A stretch of 64,000 nt of DNA, from NCBI GenBank assembly GCA_963777605.1, contig CAVZRV010000007.1:288001-352000 (forward strand), given 5' to 3'. Source of the DNA: an uncultured Acidobacteriota bacterium (GTDB taxonomy: Bacteria; Acidobacteriota; UBA6911; RPQK01; JAPXNP01). Of this stretch, positions 40,100 to 49,100 are shown piece by piece (the first letter of the stretch is position 1; each line of letters opens with the position of its first letter). Under the pieces are notes generated by a model. The model had not been told where the DNA came from. It saw only the letters and a program-made list of their open reading frames with translations, and did no database searches. The position numbers and the translations under genes were made by a program.

Positions 40100-41137
40100 T
40101 CACCCTCCAAAATAGCGGGAGTAGAGTGCCCGGGCCACCCCCGGGTCATCGGTTCCTTTAATGATGGCCCGCCCGTCCTGGAAGTATGTGAACTCGAATT
40201 CGCCGGATCGGAACCGGATCAGGTAGGGCGACGCCTCCACGTCCAGTGTCCGGCCAAGTCGGCCGGCGAGTTCCTCGAGGTCGGCTTCGACGACCCGGAC
40301 GGGCTTCACCTGCACGGCATTTCTTCCACAAAGCCGCGCTGTAGCCGAACTGAGCCGGCCTTCCAGGAAGTCGAATCGCCGTTCTCCGCAACAGCGGCAG
40401 TCGGCTCTCGGCCCGACATCTTCAACACGACGCCACAGGTCCTGCCAGACATCAACAGTGAAGAGGCCGGTAAGGGGCAGCTTCCCGGTGAGGATTCGAA
40501 GTGCCTGAGTGACCTGGAAACCGGCCACGACGTGTATCGTCGGAGCCAGGATGCCCGCCGTATCACAAGTCTCACCTGCGCCGGAAGCCGGCATTTCAGG
40601 AAAGAGGCACTGCAGACAGGAAGTCCTTCCCGGAACCACCGCCATCGCCAGGCCGTAACTTCCCAGGGCCGCCCCGTACACCCAGGGAATGCCCTTGGAG
40701 ACAGCGTAGTCATTGACAAGGAATCGGACCTCGAAATTGTCCGATCCGTCAAGGATGAGGTCTGCTCCGTTCAGCAGGCTTTCGATGTTGTCCCAAGAGA
40801 GGTCCTGAATGTGTGAATCGATCCGAACATCAGAGTTGATGGCAGAAATAGCCCGCTCGGCCGCGACAGCCTTGGGCAGGGACAACCCGGCGTCCGACTC
40901 TGTAAAGAGCGACTGCCGCTGAAGATTGCTCCACTCAACAAAATCTCGGTCGATGACCGTCAACCTCCCGGCTCCGGCCCGGGCGAGCATCTCGGCAATC
41001 ACGCTTCCGAGCGCACCACATCCAACTACGGCGACGTGCGATTGACGGATTTGATCCTGTCCTTCGGCACCAATGCCGGGGAACAGAACCTGTCGCGAGT
41101 ACCTCCCCTTCTTGGGATCAAACGGGTCGGGGCTCAT
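40100..41137 (-). CDS. ThiF/MoeB family adenylyltransferase
   Basis: RYSRQ, VVGCGALG, DRDFVEWSNLQRQ, DGSDNF, CLQC, ETCDTAGI, CRCC, LCGRNAVQ. Confidence 0.92.
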   Translation of the reverse strand: MSPDPFDPKKGRYSRQVLFPGIGAEGQDQIRQSHVAVVGCGALGSVIAEMLARAGAGRLTVIDRDFVEWSNLQRQSLFTESDAGLSLPKAVAAERAISAINSDVRIDSHIQDLSWDNIESLLNGADLILDGSDNFEVRFLVNDYAVSKGIPWVYGAALGSYGLAMAVVPGRTSCLQCLFPEMPASGAGETCDTAGILAPTIHVVAGFQVTQALRILTGKLPLTGLFTVDVWQDLWRRVEDVGPRADCRCCGERRFDFLEGRLSSATARLCGRNAVQVKPVRVVEADLEELAGRLGRTLDVEASPYLIRFRSGEFEFTYFQDGRAIIKGTDDPGVARALYSRYFGG

Positions 41138-42051
41138 GATTCACCAACCAGCCGGACGCCACGGACATCAAGATCCAGGACGTGATAATCCGCCCTCGAG
41201 CGATTGGCGGCCAGCGCATCGACCATCCACCCGCCGACCTCGTCGTGCCCTCCGGTAGTGATAGCCAAAAGGGTCGAACCCGACCCACTGACAGTCAACG
41301 CCAGCACCTTCTCGTCCAGGTGGCGCGGCAATCCCTCCCGCGACAGGACCGACTCGGCACCCGGGATGAGACTCGCCCGAAAAGCCTGGTGCAACTGGTC
41401 CCGGGTCGCCTCCCGAAGCAGATCGGGACGCCCCTGCGAAAGCGCGAAGACCAGCAGGCCACACCGCTGAAGATTGAAAACCGCGTCCTTAAGGCCATAC
41501 TGTTCGGGAAGAATCGCCCGTGCCTGCCGGGTCGAAATTTCGATGTCCGGAATGGCAACCACGAAGCGACAGTCCAGTTTGAAGGGCAGGCGCTCTGACC
41601 AGACCTTTCCCGAGTCAACCCAGGACAAGGTCCAACCGCCCATGAGACTGGCGGCCACGTTCTCCGGATGACCTTCCAGCCCGTAGGCGATAGCCAGGCT
41701 CTCCCTCTCAGGGAGGCGAGCGCCCGCAATGTGTTCGGCCAGCCGAATGCCGGCAACGTAGGCGGCACCGCTGCTTCCAAGGCCGCGTCGAAGGGGAATG
41801 TCATTGCGGACCGCAAAGGCCATGCCAGGAATCTCCACACCCATCTCAGCTGCCCCAGCACGGAGCCCTTTCTCGATGGCGTTGTCGGCCGGTTCCAGCA
41901 TCCACCCCTCCGGCCAGACCAGTTCTGCATCCTCTCGAAAGGTGACATCGATCTCGAGGTACACACTCAACGCGGCAGAAATCGCGTCGAATCCAGATCC
42001 AAGGTTGCTGGTACTTCCTGGAACTACAAGTTGGACATTGTCATGCGCCAT
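41134..42051 (-). CDS. thrB: homoserine kinase
   Basis: PGSTSNLGSGFD, IPLRRGLGSSGAA, EGHPENV, DQLHQ, SGSGST. Confidence 0.88.
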   Translation of the reverse strand: MAHDNVQLVVPGSTSNLGSGFDAISAALSVYLEIDVTFREDAELVWPEGWMLEPADNAIEKGLRAGAAEMGVEIPGMAFAVRNDIPLRRGLGSSGAAYVAGIRLAEHIAGARLPERESLAIAYGLEGHPENVAASLMGGWTLSWVDSGKVWSERLPFKLDCRFVVAIPDIEISTRQARAILPEQYGLKDAVFNLQRCGLLVFALSQGRPDLLREATRDQLHQAFRASLIPGAESVLSREGLPRHLDEKVLALTVSGSGSTLLAITTGGHDEVGGWMVDALAANRSRADYHVLDLDVRGVRLVGES

Positions 42052-42074
42052 AGCGATCTCTCAGCCTTCCCCCG

Positions 42075-43073
42075 TCACGCCTCAGGCGGACGCCCCGCAA
42101 CCTCGGTCAGAAGTTGGAACCGCCGATCTCCAGCTTTCTCCGCGCGCCATCCCCCATGACCACGAAAGAGGACATCGAACAATGCCTCCCCCGAAATCCC
42201 CAATCTCCGGGCGTCAGCAGCCGCCACCGGCCGATCGAACAGAAACCCTTTCCAGGGCAACCGGCTGGTTGAGACGTAGTCCAACCACCGTTCAATCGAA
42301 TCCAGAACGAGAGGCACGGCCAGCGCTCCAACTCCGGCATCACGAAGGCGCCGGTTGGCCTCCGCAACGTCCGGCGGGCCTCCTGAACCGGGTAAGGCAA
42401 CGCCCCACAGGTTCGGTACCTCCTGCCAGTGATCGATTCTGAACAGGTCCCGTGCTTCCGAGAAAGAGAACTGCCCCGGAGCCACACTTCGATCCGCAGA
42501 TTCCACGACGTAGGTCCACGCAGCACCCAGCAAAGGCCCCAGGATGCGGGTCACCATTCCTGCGGGCCCCATTCCCAGAATCACCCTGGGCAATCTGGTT
42601 CCGGGGGCTTCGAGAAACTTCAACATCGACACCAGATCGGCAGTGCCCGCGACATTCACCGCAAGCTTGACGCCGTCTCCCGGAAGTGCGGCGATTCGCC
42701 CGAAGGCGGATTCGAGATCCTGCGGGAAGCCACTGAAATCGTGTGCAGAACGGAGCATTCGGGCAGGTTTCGCCCAGTCCGGCCCGACCGGGACATCGTG
42801 CTCCAGGTCGATCCAGTGGAACCCGGCAGCGGCCGCTCGCCGGAGGATTTCGAGGCGTACGCCTTCATCCCCTTCGAAGAATCCGCCCTCTCGAGTCGGA
42901 CGGCAGGTCGCAATGAAATGCGTCACGGAAGATGGTGGGGCAGGAAACCGCTCCGGGTCATCGAGTACGTCTATCCGCAGTTCGACAAATCCAGTCGTGC
43001 CGGAATAGCGCCGGAGCTTCTCCTCCAGCAAAGAAAGGTCTTTCTCAGCAAGGGTCAGACAGATTCGGGACAT
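42075..43073 (-). CDS. aroD: type I 3-dehydroquinate dehydratase with a degenerate shikimate-dehydrogenase remnant
   Basis: VELRID, IATCRPTREGG.FEG, WIDLE, SAHDF, VKLA, GMGPAG..TR, APGQ. Confidence 0.82.
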   Translation of the reverse strand: MSRICLTLAEKDLSLLEEKLRRYSGTTGFVELRIDVLDDPERFPAPPSSVTHFIATCRPTREGGFFEGDEGVRLEILRRAAAAGFHWIDLEHDVPVGPDWAKPARMLRSAHDFSGFPQDLESAFGRIAALPGDGVKLAVNVAGTADLVSMLKFLEAPGTRLPRVILGMGPAGMVTRILGPLLGAAWTYVVESADRSVAPGQFSFSEARDLFRIDHWQEVPNLWGVALPGSGGPPDVAEANRRLRDAGVGALAVPLVLDSIERWLDYVSTSRLPWKGFLFDRPVAAADARRLGISGEALFDVLFRGHGGWRAEKAGDRRFQLLTEVAGRPPEA

Positions 43074-43085
43074 GAAAGGTGAGGC

Positions 43086-43712
43086 TCAGGTATTGATCCA
43101 GGCGTCGGATTGCTTGCTTGAACCGGCAAGCATCTCCAGCTTCTTCTTCTCTCGGGTTTCCCTGACCCGGGCGCTTTCGCCGATCCGGCCCCAGAACGAT
43201 TGAAAGTAGTGCCACATCGAGAGGATCGACAGACCAGCGGCGATCCAGAGAAGAATCGTGCCCACGTAGAAGAGGAAACCTTCCGGGTACCGGCTTCCCG
43301 CGATCAGGCAACTGCAGCAGGCAACCTGGGACACCATCTTGTATTTGCCCAGCCGGGAAGCTGCAATGGTGACTCCCTCGGCAGAGGCAATGCTCCGAAG
43401 GCCGGTCACGGCAAATTCGCGGCTGACCACGATGATCACGATCCAGGCAGGGGCGGCACCCATCTCGACCAGCGCCACCAGGGCAGCGGAAATCAAGATC
43501 TTGTCGGCGAGCGGGTCGAGCAACTGTCCCAGCATCGTGACCTGTGAGCGTTTTCTCGCCAGGTACCCGTCCAGGTAGTCGGTCATTGCCGCAGCCAGGA
43601 AGACCGCCAAACCCCAGACTTCCCGATCCGGGAAATTACCCGTCAGGAGCACTACCAGCAGCACCGGAACCAGAAAAATCCGGGTGGCGGTTAGAGCCGT
43701 TGGAAGATTCAT
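43086..43712 (-). CDS. pgsA: CDP-diacylglycerol--glycerol-3-phosphate 3-phosphatidyltransferase
   Basis: MNLPTALT..RI, TDYLDGYLARK..QVT.LGQLLDPLADK, REFAVTGLR, GKYKM. Confidence 0.96.
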   Translation of the reverse strand: MNLPTALTATRIFLVPVLLVVLLTGNFPDREVWGLAVFLAAAMTDYLDGYLARKRSQVTMLGQLLDPLADKILISAALVALVEMGAAPAWIVIIVVSREFAVTGLRSIASAEGVTIAASRLGKYKMVSQVACCSCLIAGSRYPEGFLFYVGTILLWIAAGLSILSMWHYFQSFWGRIGESARVRETREKKKLEMLAGSSKQSDAWINT

Positions 43713-43872
43713 TTCTCGCGCGATCTTTCGTCTTTAGTCTTTAGGCGACTTTACCACATCCGTGTTCATGAACTTCAGAAAATAGCAATCGCCAGCGTTA
43801 TCTTAACAGATTCGGAGGGAGGCGCTTGCACATCAGTGCCCCCATTTCGGTTATGATAGTGGAAACCTTTGA

Positions 43873-43945
43873 CCGGAATCGACATCTTTCTGGGTGATTC
43901 CGGAACCCACACCCCCGCACGTTGAGAGTAGGGGTGTTTTTTCTT
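43873..43945 (+). promoter_or_regulatory. two-hairpin 5' leader ending in a terminator-like stem plus U-tract before the RBS (candidate attenuator)
   Basis: CCGGAATC...GATTCCGG (43873-43903); ACACCCC...GGGGTGT followed by TTTTTCTT (43909-43945); GGAGG at 43946; TATGAT -10 at 43852. Confidence 0.45.
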
Positions 43946-43957
43946 GGAGGTTGGATT

Positions 43958-44494
43958 ATGAATATGAAGAGAGTCTTCACGGGCACCGGTGTTGGGTTTC
44001 TGGCACTGGTGGCGTTTTCGGCTGTGGCATTCGTAAATGCCCCGGGGACGATTGTGTCCTCTGCCGCCACAGCCGTCGAAGGGACCTCTGCTGATAATGG
44101 GGGGCAGGATGGTGAGTTTTCTGGTCCGGCCGAGGAGCCACACTTACCTGCCAACTTGCAGACTGGTTCAAGTCAATACAATGCCTTTCAGGCAACTGCC
44201 TACTGCGATTTCGGGATCACCTTCTCGGGAATTCTGGTCCACCGCGGGATGGTAGCGGCAGATCCGAACATTCTCCCGATCGGATCGGTGATTGAGGTAA
44301 AAGCGGGGGAATACAGCGGGATCTACACGGTCATGGACACGGGTGGAGTGGTGAAAGGTCATCTGATCGACATCTACATGCCCGACTACGAAGAGGCCGT
44401 GCAGTTCGGCCGGCAGGGCGTCAAGGTGCGGGTGCTTCGTCTTGGCTGGCATCCGGATGACGCACCGGACCTTCAATATACCTTCGCCGGGTGA
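43958..44494 (+). CDS. 3D domain (MltA-like) cell-wall protein
   Basis: signal/anchor; FQATAYC, T.SG, VAADP.ILPIGS, VMDTGG.VKG..IDIYM, AVQFGRQ. Confidence 0.92.
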   Translation: MNMKRVFTGTGVGFLALVAFSAVAFVNAPGTIVSSAATAVEGTSADNGGQDGEFSGPAEEPHLPANLQTGSSQYNAFQATAYCDFGITFSGILVHRGMVAADPNILPIGSVIEVKAGEYSGIYTVMDTGGVVKGHLIDIYMPDYEEAVQFGRQGVKVRVLRLGWHPDDAPDLQYTFAG

Positions 44495-44596
44495 AAGCCC
44501 GGTGCCGTATCGTGGTGTCGGCCGTTTCCGGTCGGCACCTCTCGTCCTGATCAGACTGAAGGAATGCCGCTGGACTTCCGGGAAGGTTAGCATTCG

Positions 44597-46417
44597 TTGG
44601 AGAACGAGGCAGTTCTCAAAGTCAAAGTTGACCGTCTTCCCGCGTCCCCCGGCGTGTACCTGTTTCGGGACCGCCGGGGCGAAGTCATCTACATCGGCAA
44701 AGCCAAGAGTCTTCGCAACCGGGTTCGTTCCTATTTTCAGTCGAATCGCTATCTCGACCTGAAGACCGACTTCATCAACCGGAATGCAACGGACCTCGAG
44801 TACATCGTCACCGACAACGAAGTCGAAGCTCTCATTCTCGAGAGTACCCTGGTCAAGAAAAGCCAGCCGAAGCTCAACGTCCGCCTTAAGGATGACAAGT
44901 CATTTCTGCACATCAAACTGACAGTCAACGAGGAATACCCGCGGGTACTTCTCACTCGACGAATTCGGGATGACGGGGCTCTCTATTTCGGGCCCTACCT
45001 GCCCGCTTCGCTGGCCCGTAACACAATCAAGATCATCAACCGCCATTTCCAGCTTCGCACCTGTTCCATTCCCATCGACGGATCGCAGGAGCGTCCCTGC
45101 CTCGAGTATCACATTCACCGGTGCCTGGGCCCCTGCAAGGAGGGACTGTGCAGCCGAGAAGAATACGGACGGGCGGTTCAGGACGTGATCCTGCTCCTCA
45201 CAGGGAAGAACGATCAGTTGATCGAACGGCTGACTGAAAAGATGACCGATGCAGCGGAGCGGGAGCAGTTTGAGGCGGCGGCATTCTTTCGGGACCGTAT
45301 GGCGATGGTGCGGGAGCTGGCAGAGAAACAGAAGATGGCTTCGACGAGCGACGAAGACATTGACGTCTTCGCCTACTACCGCGAAGGGTGCCGTCTCGCC
45401 CTTCAGCTCTTCACGCTCAGAAACGGACTGGTCGTCGGCAAGCGAGAATTCTTCTGGGAGGACCTGGAAATCTTCGAACCGGCGGTGTTCCTGAGAGACG
45501 CCGTGCAGCAATACTACCTGGGCGCGGGATTTGTTCCTGGCCAAATCTTCCTTCCGGCCGAGATCGAGGACCAGGAAATCATCGCAAGGTGGCTCAACGA
45601 ACGGAAGGCCATAACCGGAAGAAGCAGGCTCCGCATCCTGGTTCCCCGCCGGGGTCCAAAACTGGACCTGCTGCTCCTGGTGGAACGCAACGCGAAAATC
45701 GCATTCGAGTCGCGGTTCAAGATCCACAAGGCCGCCAAAATCCGGGTGCTCGAAATGCTCCAGGACGCCCTGGGGCTCCCCACTCTGCCGGCAACGATCG
45801 AGGCTTTCGACATATCGAATATCCAGGGTGCCGAGACCGTTGCGTCGATGGTAGTGTGCCGGGACGGCCTGATGTCTCGAATGGACTACCGCAAGTTTAA
45901 GGTCCGGGCAGTCGAGGGCCCCAACGATTTCGAATCGATGAGAGAAGTGATTCATCGACGGTATCGCAGGGTCCTGGAAGAAGGGATCGACCTTCCCGAA
46001 CTGGTCCTGGTCGATGGTGGAAAAGGGCAGTTGCACTCCGCCTACCAGGCGCTCTCAGAACTCGGTCTGGACGACCTTCCGCTGGCCAGCATCGCGAAAC
46101 GGGAGGAACTGATCTTTGTCAACGGGGCGGACGAGGCCGTCCGGCTGGACCAGACCTCTCCGGCCCTCCACCTGATTCAGGAAATTCGGGACGAGGCTCA
46201 CCGATTTGCGGTCACCTACCACCGCAATCGCCGTTCGTCCCGCGATTTCGGGTCCGAACTGGACCAGATCCCCGGCGTCGGCGCCAAACGAAAACGGCGG
46301 CTCCTGCAGAATTTCGGAAGTGTGAACCGCGTCCGCCAGGCCACGATGGAAGAACTGGCACCGTTCGTCGGAAGGAAGGTCGCCGAGGCCATCCGCCAGC
46401 ATTTCGAACACCAGTAA
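44597..46417 (+). CDS. uvrC: excinuclease ABC subunit C
   Basis: LPASPGVYLF, YIGKAKSLRNRVRSYF, DISN, LVDGGKGQL, IRDEAHRFA, HhH IPGVGAKR. Confidence 0.98.
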   Translation: MENEAVLKVKVDRLPASPGVYLFRDRRGEVIYIGKAKSLRNRVRSYFQSNRYLDLKTDFINRNATDLEYIVTDNEVEALILESTLVKKSQPKLNVRLKDDKSFLHIKLTVNEEYPRVLLTRRIRDDGALYFGPYLPASLARNTIKIINRHFQLRTCSIPIDGSQERPCLEYHIHRCLGPCKEGLCSREEYGRAVQDVILLLTGKNDQLIERLTEKMTDAAEREQFEAAAFFRDRMAMVRELAEKQKMASTSDEDIDVFAYYREGCRLALQLFTLRNGLVVGKREFFWEDLEIFEPAVFLRDAVQQYYLGAGFVPGQIFLPAEIEDQEIIARWLNERKAITGRSRLRILVPRRGPKLDLLLLVERNAKIAFESRFKIHKAAKIRVLEMLQDALGLPTLPATIEAFDISNIQGAETVASMVVCRDGLMSRMDYRKFKVRAVEGPNDFESMREVIHRRYRRVLEEGIDLPELVLVDGGKGQLHSAYQALSELGLDDLPLASIAKREELIFVNGADEAVRLDQTSPALHLIQEIRDEAHRFAVTYHRNRRSSRDFGSELDQIPGVGAKRKRRLLQNFGSVNRVRQATMEELAPFVGRKVAEAIRQHFEHQ

Positions 46418-46646
46418 CCGACTGATTGGGGCAATGGAATTCGCGGACCCGAGGGTCCGACGGATCCATGAGAACCATTGCGCCCGGTTCCCGGCAACGC
46501 CATCACTAATTGCGTGCAATTCCTGCATGCCCAAATGCAAGAACCGCATTCGGCGCCTTCTCCCGGTCTTCGGAATATTCTCAGAAGAATCTCTAAATCA
46601 TTGCCGAGAAAGGCCTTGTAGAGCCTCTTCCGATTCGGGGTCAAAC

Positions 46647-46662
46647 TGGCACCAAGGCTGCA
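46647..46662 (+). promoter_or_regulatory. sigma54 (-24/-12) promoter
   Basis: TGGCACCAAGGCTGCA has the GG-N10-GC spacing; paired TGCA-N5-(T/C)GCA sites lie about 100-130 bp upstream. Confidence 0.6.
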
Positions 46663-46750
46663 ACTCTCTCCGGTGACTGTGCCCGAGAGAATGCTCAGCA
46701 GTCAGTTCGAATAAGAAGTTGAAAAGAATGACCTGTACGAGGAGACAAAG

Positions 46751-47494
46751 ATGAGAAAGACCTTCCGAATCACGGCTCTGGTTCTTGCTGCCCTGTTGAC
46801 TTCGATCGTCGGCTTCGGCCAAACCGGCACCACCCCCGATTTCAGCCAACCCCTCACCATCGAGGAAATCGGCCACCTGACCTATATGGTTGAGGAAGAA
46901 AAGCTGGCTCGTGACGTCTACGAAAACCTGTACGAGGAATGGGGCAACCCGGTTTTTGAGAATATCGCCCAGGCTGAGCAGCGGCACATGGACAGCCTGA
47001 TCTACGTAATGGGAGCCTACGGGCTCAACGTTGAACTCGGCGAATTCGGCCAGTTCTCGGATCCCGACCTGGCGGTTGTCTACGGAGAACTCATGGCCGC
47101 CGGCACCGAGTCAGAACTCCAGGCACTCTCCACCGGTGCGCTAATTGAGGAGATCGACATCAACGATCTGGCTCTCTCCCTGGACGACACGGTGAATCCT
47201 GTGCTGCAGAACGTCTTCGAGAAACTGATGAGGGGATCCCGCAACCACCTGCGGGCCTTCGCAGGGCTGATCGAAGCACAGGGCGTGGAGTATACGGCCC
47301 AGCAGTTGTCCCAGGAAGGCGTTGATGCGATCCTCGACAGCCCCCGGGAACGGGGACGACGCGGGGACTGCGTCAATTGCGGCCACAATGGTGGAACGGG
47401 CAATCGGCCGAAAGGCGTCGGCATGGGCGGGTTCGGCGGGAACGGCCCGGGAGCCGGCATGGGGCCTGGCGACGGCACCTGCCTTCTCCCCTAA
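46751..47494 (+). CDS. secreted DUF2202 ferritin-like protein
   Basis: EEEKLARDVY, FENIAQAEQRH, GALIEEIDI.DL, LMRGSRNHLRAF; Gly-rich tail; AGGAG RBS. Confidence 0.9.
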   Translation: MRKTFRITALVLAALLTSIVGFGQTGTTPDFSQPLTIEEIGHLTYMVEEEKLARDVYENLYEEWGNPVFENIAQAEQRHMDSLIYVMGAYGLNVELGEFGQFSDPDLAVVYGELMAAGTESELQALSTGALIEEIDINDLALSLDDTVNPVLQNVFEKLMRGSRNHLRAFAGLIEAQGVEYTAQQLSQEGVDAILDSPRERGRRGDCVNCGHNGGTGNRPKGVGMGGFGGNGPGAGMGPGDGTCLLP

Positions 47495-47509
47495 CCTGTC
47501 GGATTAACG

Positions 47510-47547
47510 TGCCGGCCGGAAGGACAACACTCCCCGGCCGGCATTTC
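47510..47547 (+). terminator. intrinsic terminator after the DUF2202 gene
   Basis: TGCCGGCCGG...CCGGCCGGCA followed by TTT. Confidence 0.65.
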
Positions 47548-47621
47548 TGCATTCGGGACGGGATTCGCAGTGCACTTCCCGGCTTCAGCCGGCGCTATCC
47601 AGAAGCAACAGGCGCATTGTT

Positions 47622-48194
47622 TCAGCTGAAAGCGGTCGGGTTGTAGAAAGGTGCAAAAGCCGAGATCAGGGCGAGAACGAATGAGTGGCGCCCGCTCAAA
47701 ATACCTCGAGAGAGATACTCCCAGGGGCCATCCTCGGCGGACAATCCCGCCTCCTTGGAAAAGCGGTCGAGAACGATATCGAGGTCAATACCCCGGTCGA
47801 TCACCTGGTCGGCGATTTTTGGAGGGACGGCGAGACCAGGTCCGTGGCCAAACCAGCCTTTGTGCCCATTCGTGACGTACGCCCAACTGGCTAGGAAAAC
47901 CAGCCGTCGGGGCCCTTGCGATTCAACAAGCTGAAAACCCGGCTGAAGCCCCACGTAGAAGTCGGCTTCAGCACGCTCCCGCTTCAGTTGCAGGATCAGG
48001 GATTCGGCCCTTGAGCGCGCGCCTCTCATGAGTTCATCCTGGTTGAGAGGGAGGCTCCTGATTTCCCCGGCGACCCCAAAGGACAGAAATTCGACCGAAT
48101 CCCGCTTATCGACGAGGCTCTCTGAAAAGATCTTCCACCCCTCTTTGACGGCCTCGATTTCAGCGAGTCGGTTGCTGGCTACTGCCACAATCAT
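47622..48194 (-). CDS. YjjX/DUF84 inosine/xanthosine triphosphatase-like protein, divergent
   Basis: IVAVAS...IEAV, P...E..RGARSRA, ADFYVGL..G, AFAPFYNP. Confidence 0.7.
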   Translation of the reverse strand: MIVAVASNRLAEIEAVKEGWKIFSESLVDKRDSVEFLSFGVAGEIRSLPLNQDELMRGARSRAESLILQLKRERAEADFYVGLQPGFQLVESQGPRRLVFLASWAYVTNGHKGWFGHGPGLAVPPKIADQVIDRGIDLDIVLDRFSKEAGLSAEDGPWEYLSRGILSGRHSFVLALISAFAPFYNPTAFS

Positions 48195-48245
48195 GAGCGA
48201 ATTCTATCCCTCTCCCCTGACGGGAGCATGCAGACGGAAACCCGC

Positions 48246-49034
48246 TCACTTGACCGCCATCAGGATCTCACTGACCGCGGCATGAATGCGGCCGTTCGTC
48301 GCGAGGCACTCCCGGTCGTGGATCGACGCCGGTGAGGAGTCAAACCGCGAAACTCTTCCACCGGCCTCTTCCAAAATGAGAGATCCGGCAGCAACGTCCC
48401 AGGCGTTGAGGCTCAATTCCCAGAATCCATCGAAGCGGCCACAGGCCACGTTGCAGAGATCGAGGGCAGCGGACCCGTCTCTCCGCACCGAACGGGCATA
48501 TTTCATCATGTAATTGAAACACTTAAGGTTAGACTCGATCTCTTCGATCTGGTACGAGAAACCGGTGCACAGGAGACAGTCCTCCAGGTTCTCCTCGGTC
48601 GAGACCTGGATCGGTTGCCCGTTCAAAAACGCACCTTCCCCCGCCACGGCTGTAAACCTCTCGTTCAGAACCGGGTTGTGCACGACTCCCGCCGCCACCC
48701 GCCCTTCCAGTTCCAGGCCAATTGAGACACAGTAAACTGGGTACCTGTGGGCGTAGTTGGTTGTCCCGTCCAGGGGATCAATCACCCATTGAAACGGGGC
48801 CCCTTCGTTGGAGCCTCCCCGCTCTTCAGCAAGGACCCCGTGGTGGGGGAATTCCTCCAGAACGCGGCTGACGATCAACTCCTCGGCAGCAAGGTCGGCC
48901 TCGGTTACAAGGTTGACCCGGCCTTTCTTGGAGATCTCGAACGAGGTCCGGCTCTTTTCCAGCAGCAGTTCCCCAGCCTCTCGCACCAGCCGGCACGCCA
49001 ACTCAAATGCGTTTTCCAGTTCCTGATTCTTCAT
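48246..49034 (-). CDS. suhB: inositol monophosphatase family protein
   Basis: LVTEAD, EE, WVIDPLDGTTNY, RRDGSAALDL, WDVAAG..I..EAGG. Confidence 0.93.
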   Translation of the reverse strand: MKNQELENAFELACRLVREAGELLLEKSRTSFEISKKGRVNLVTEADLAAEELIVSRVLEEFPHHGVLAEERGGSNEGAPFQWVIDPLDGTTNYAHRYPVYCVSIGLELEGRVAAGVVHNPVLNERFTAVAGEGAFLNGQPIQVSTEENLEDCLLCTGFSYQIEEIESNLKCFNYMMKYARSVRRDGSAALDLCNVACGRFDGFWELSLNAWDVAAGSLILEEAGGRVSRFDSSPASIHDRECLATNGRIHAAVSEILMAVK

Positions 49035-49100
49035 GTTCTTTCCTGTCTTCCAGCGACAACGCCCTGCTCACTTGCTGAACCACCAGTTTAACGCAGGGAC

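Noticed and set aside
40100-41137. ThiF/MoeB protein as a RiPP or ubiquitin-like modification enzyme
   Set aside because: Ordinary ThiF/MoeB architecture within a housekeeping operon; no adjacent precursor or sulfur-carrier gene.
43750-43950. c-di-AMP (ydaO) riboswitch before the 3D-domain gene
   Set aside because: The consensus elements of that aptamer are not recognisable; kept only as an unclassified attenuator candidate.
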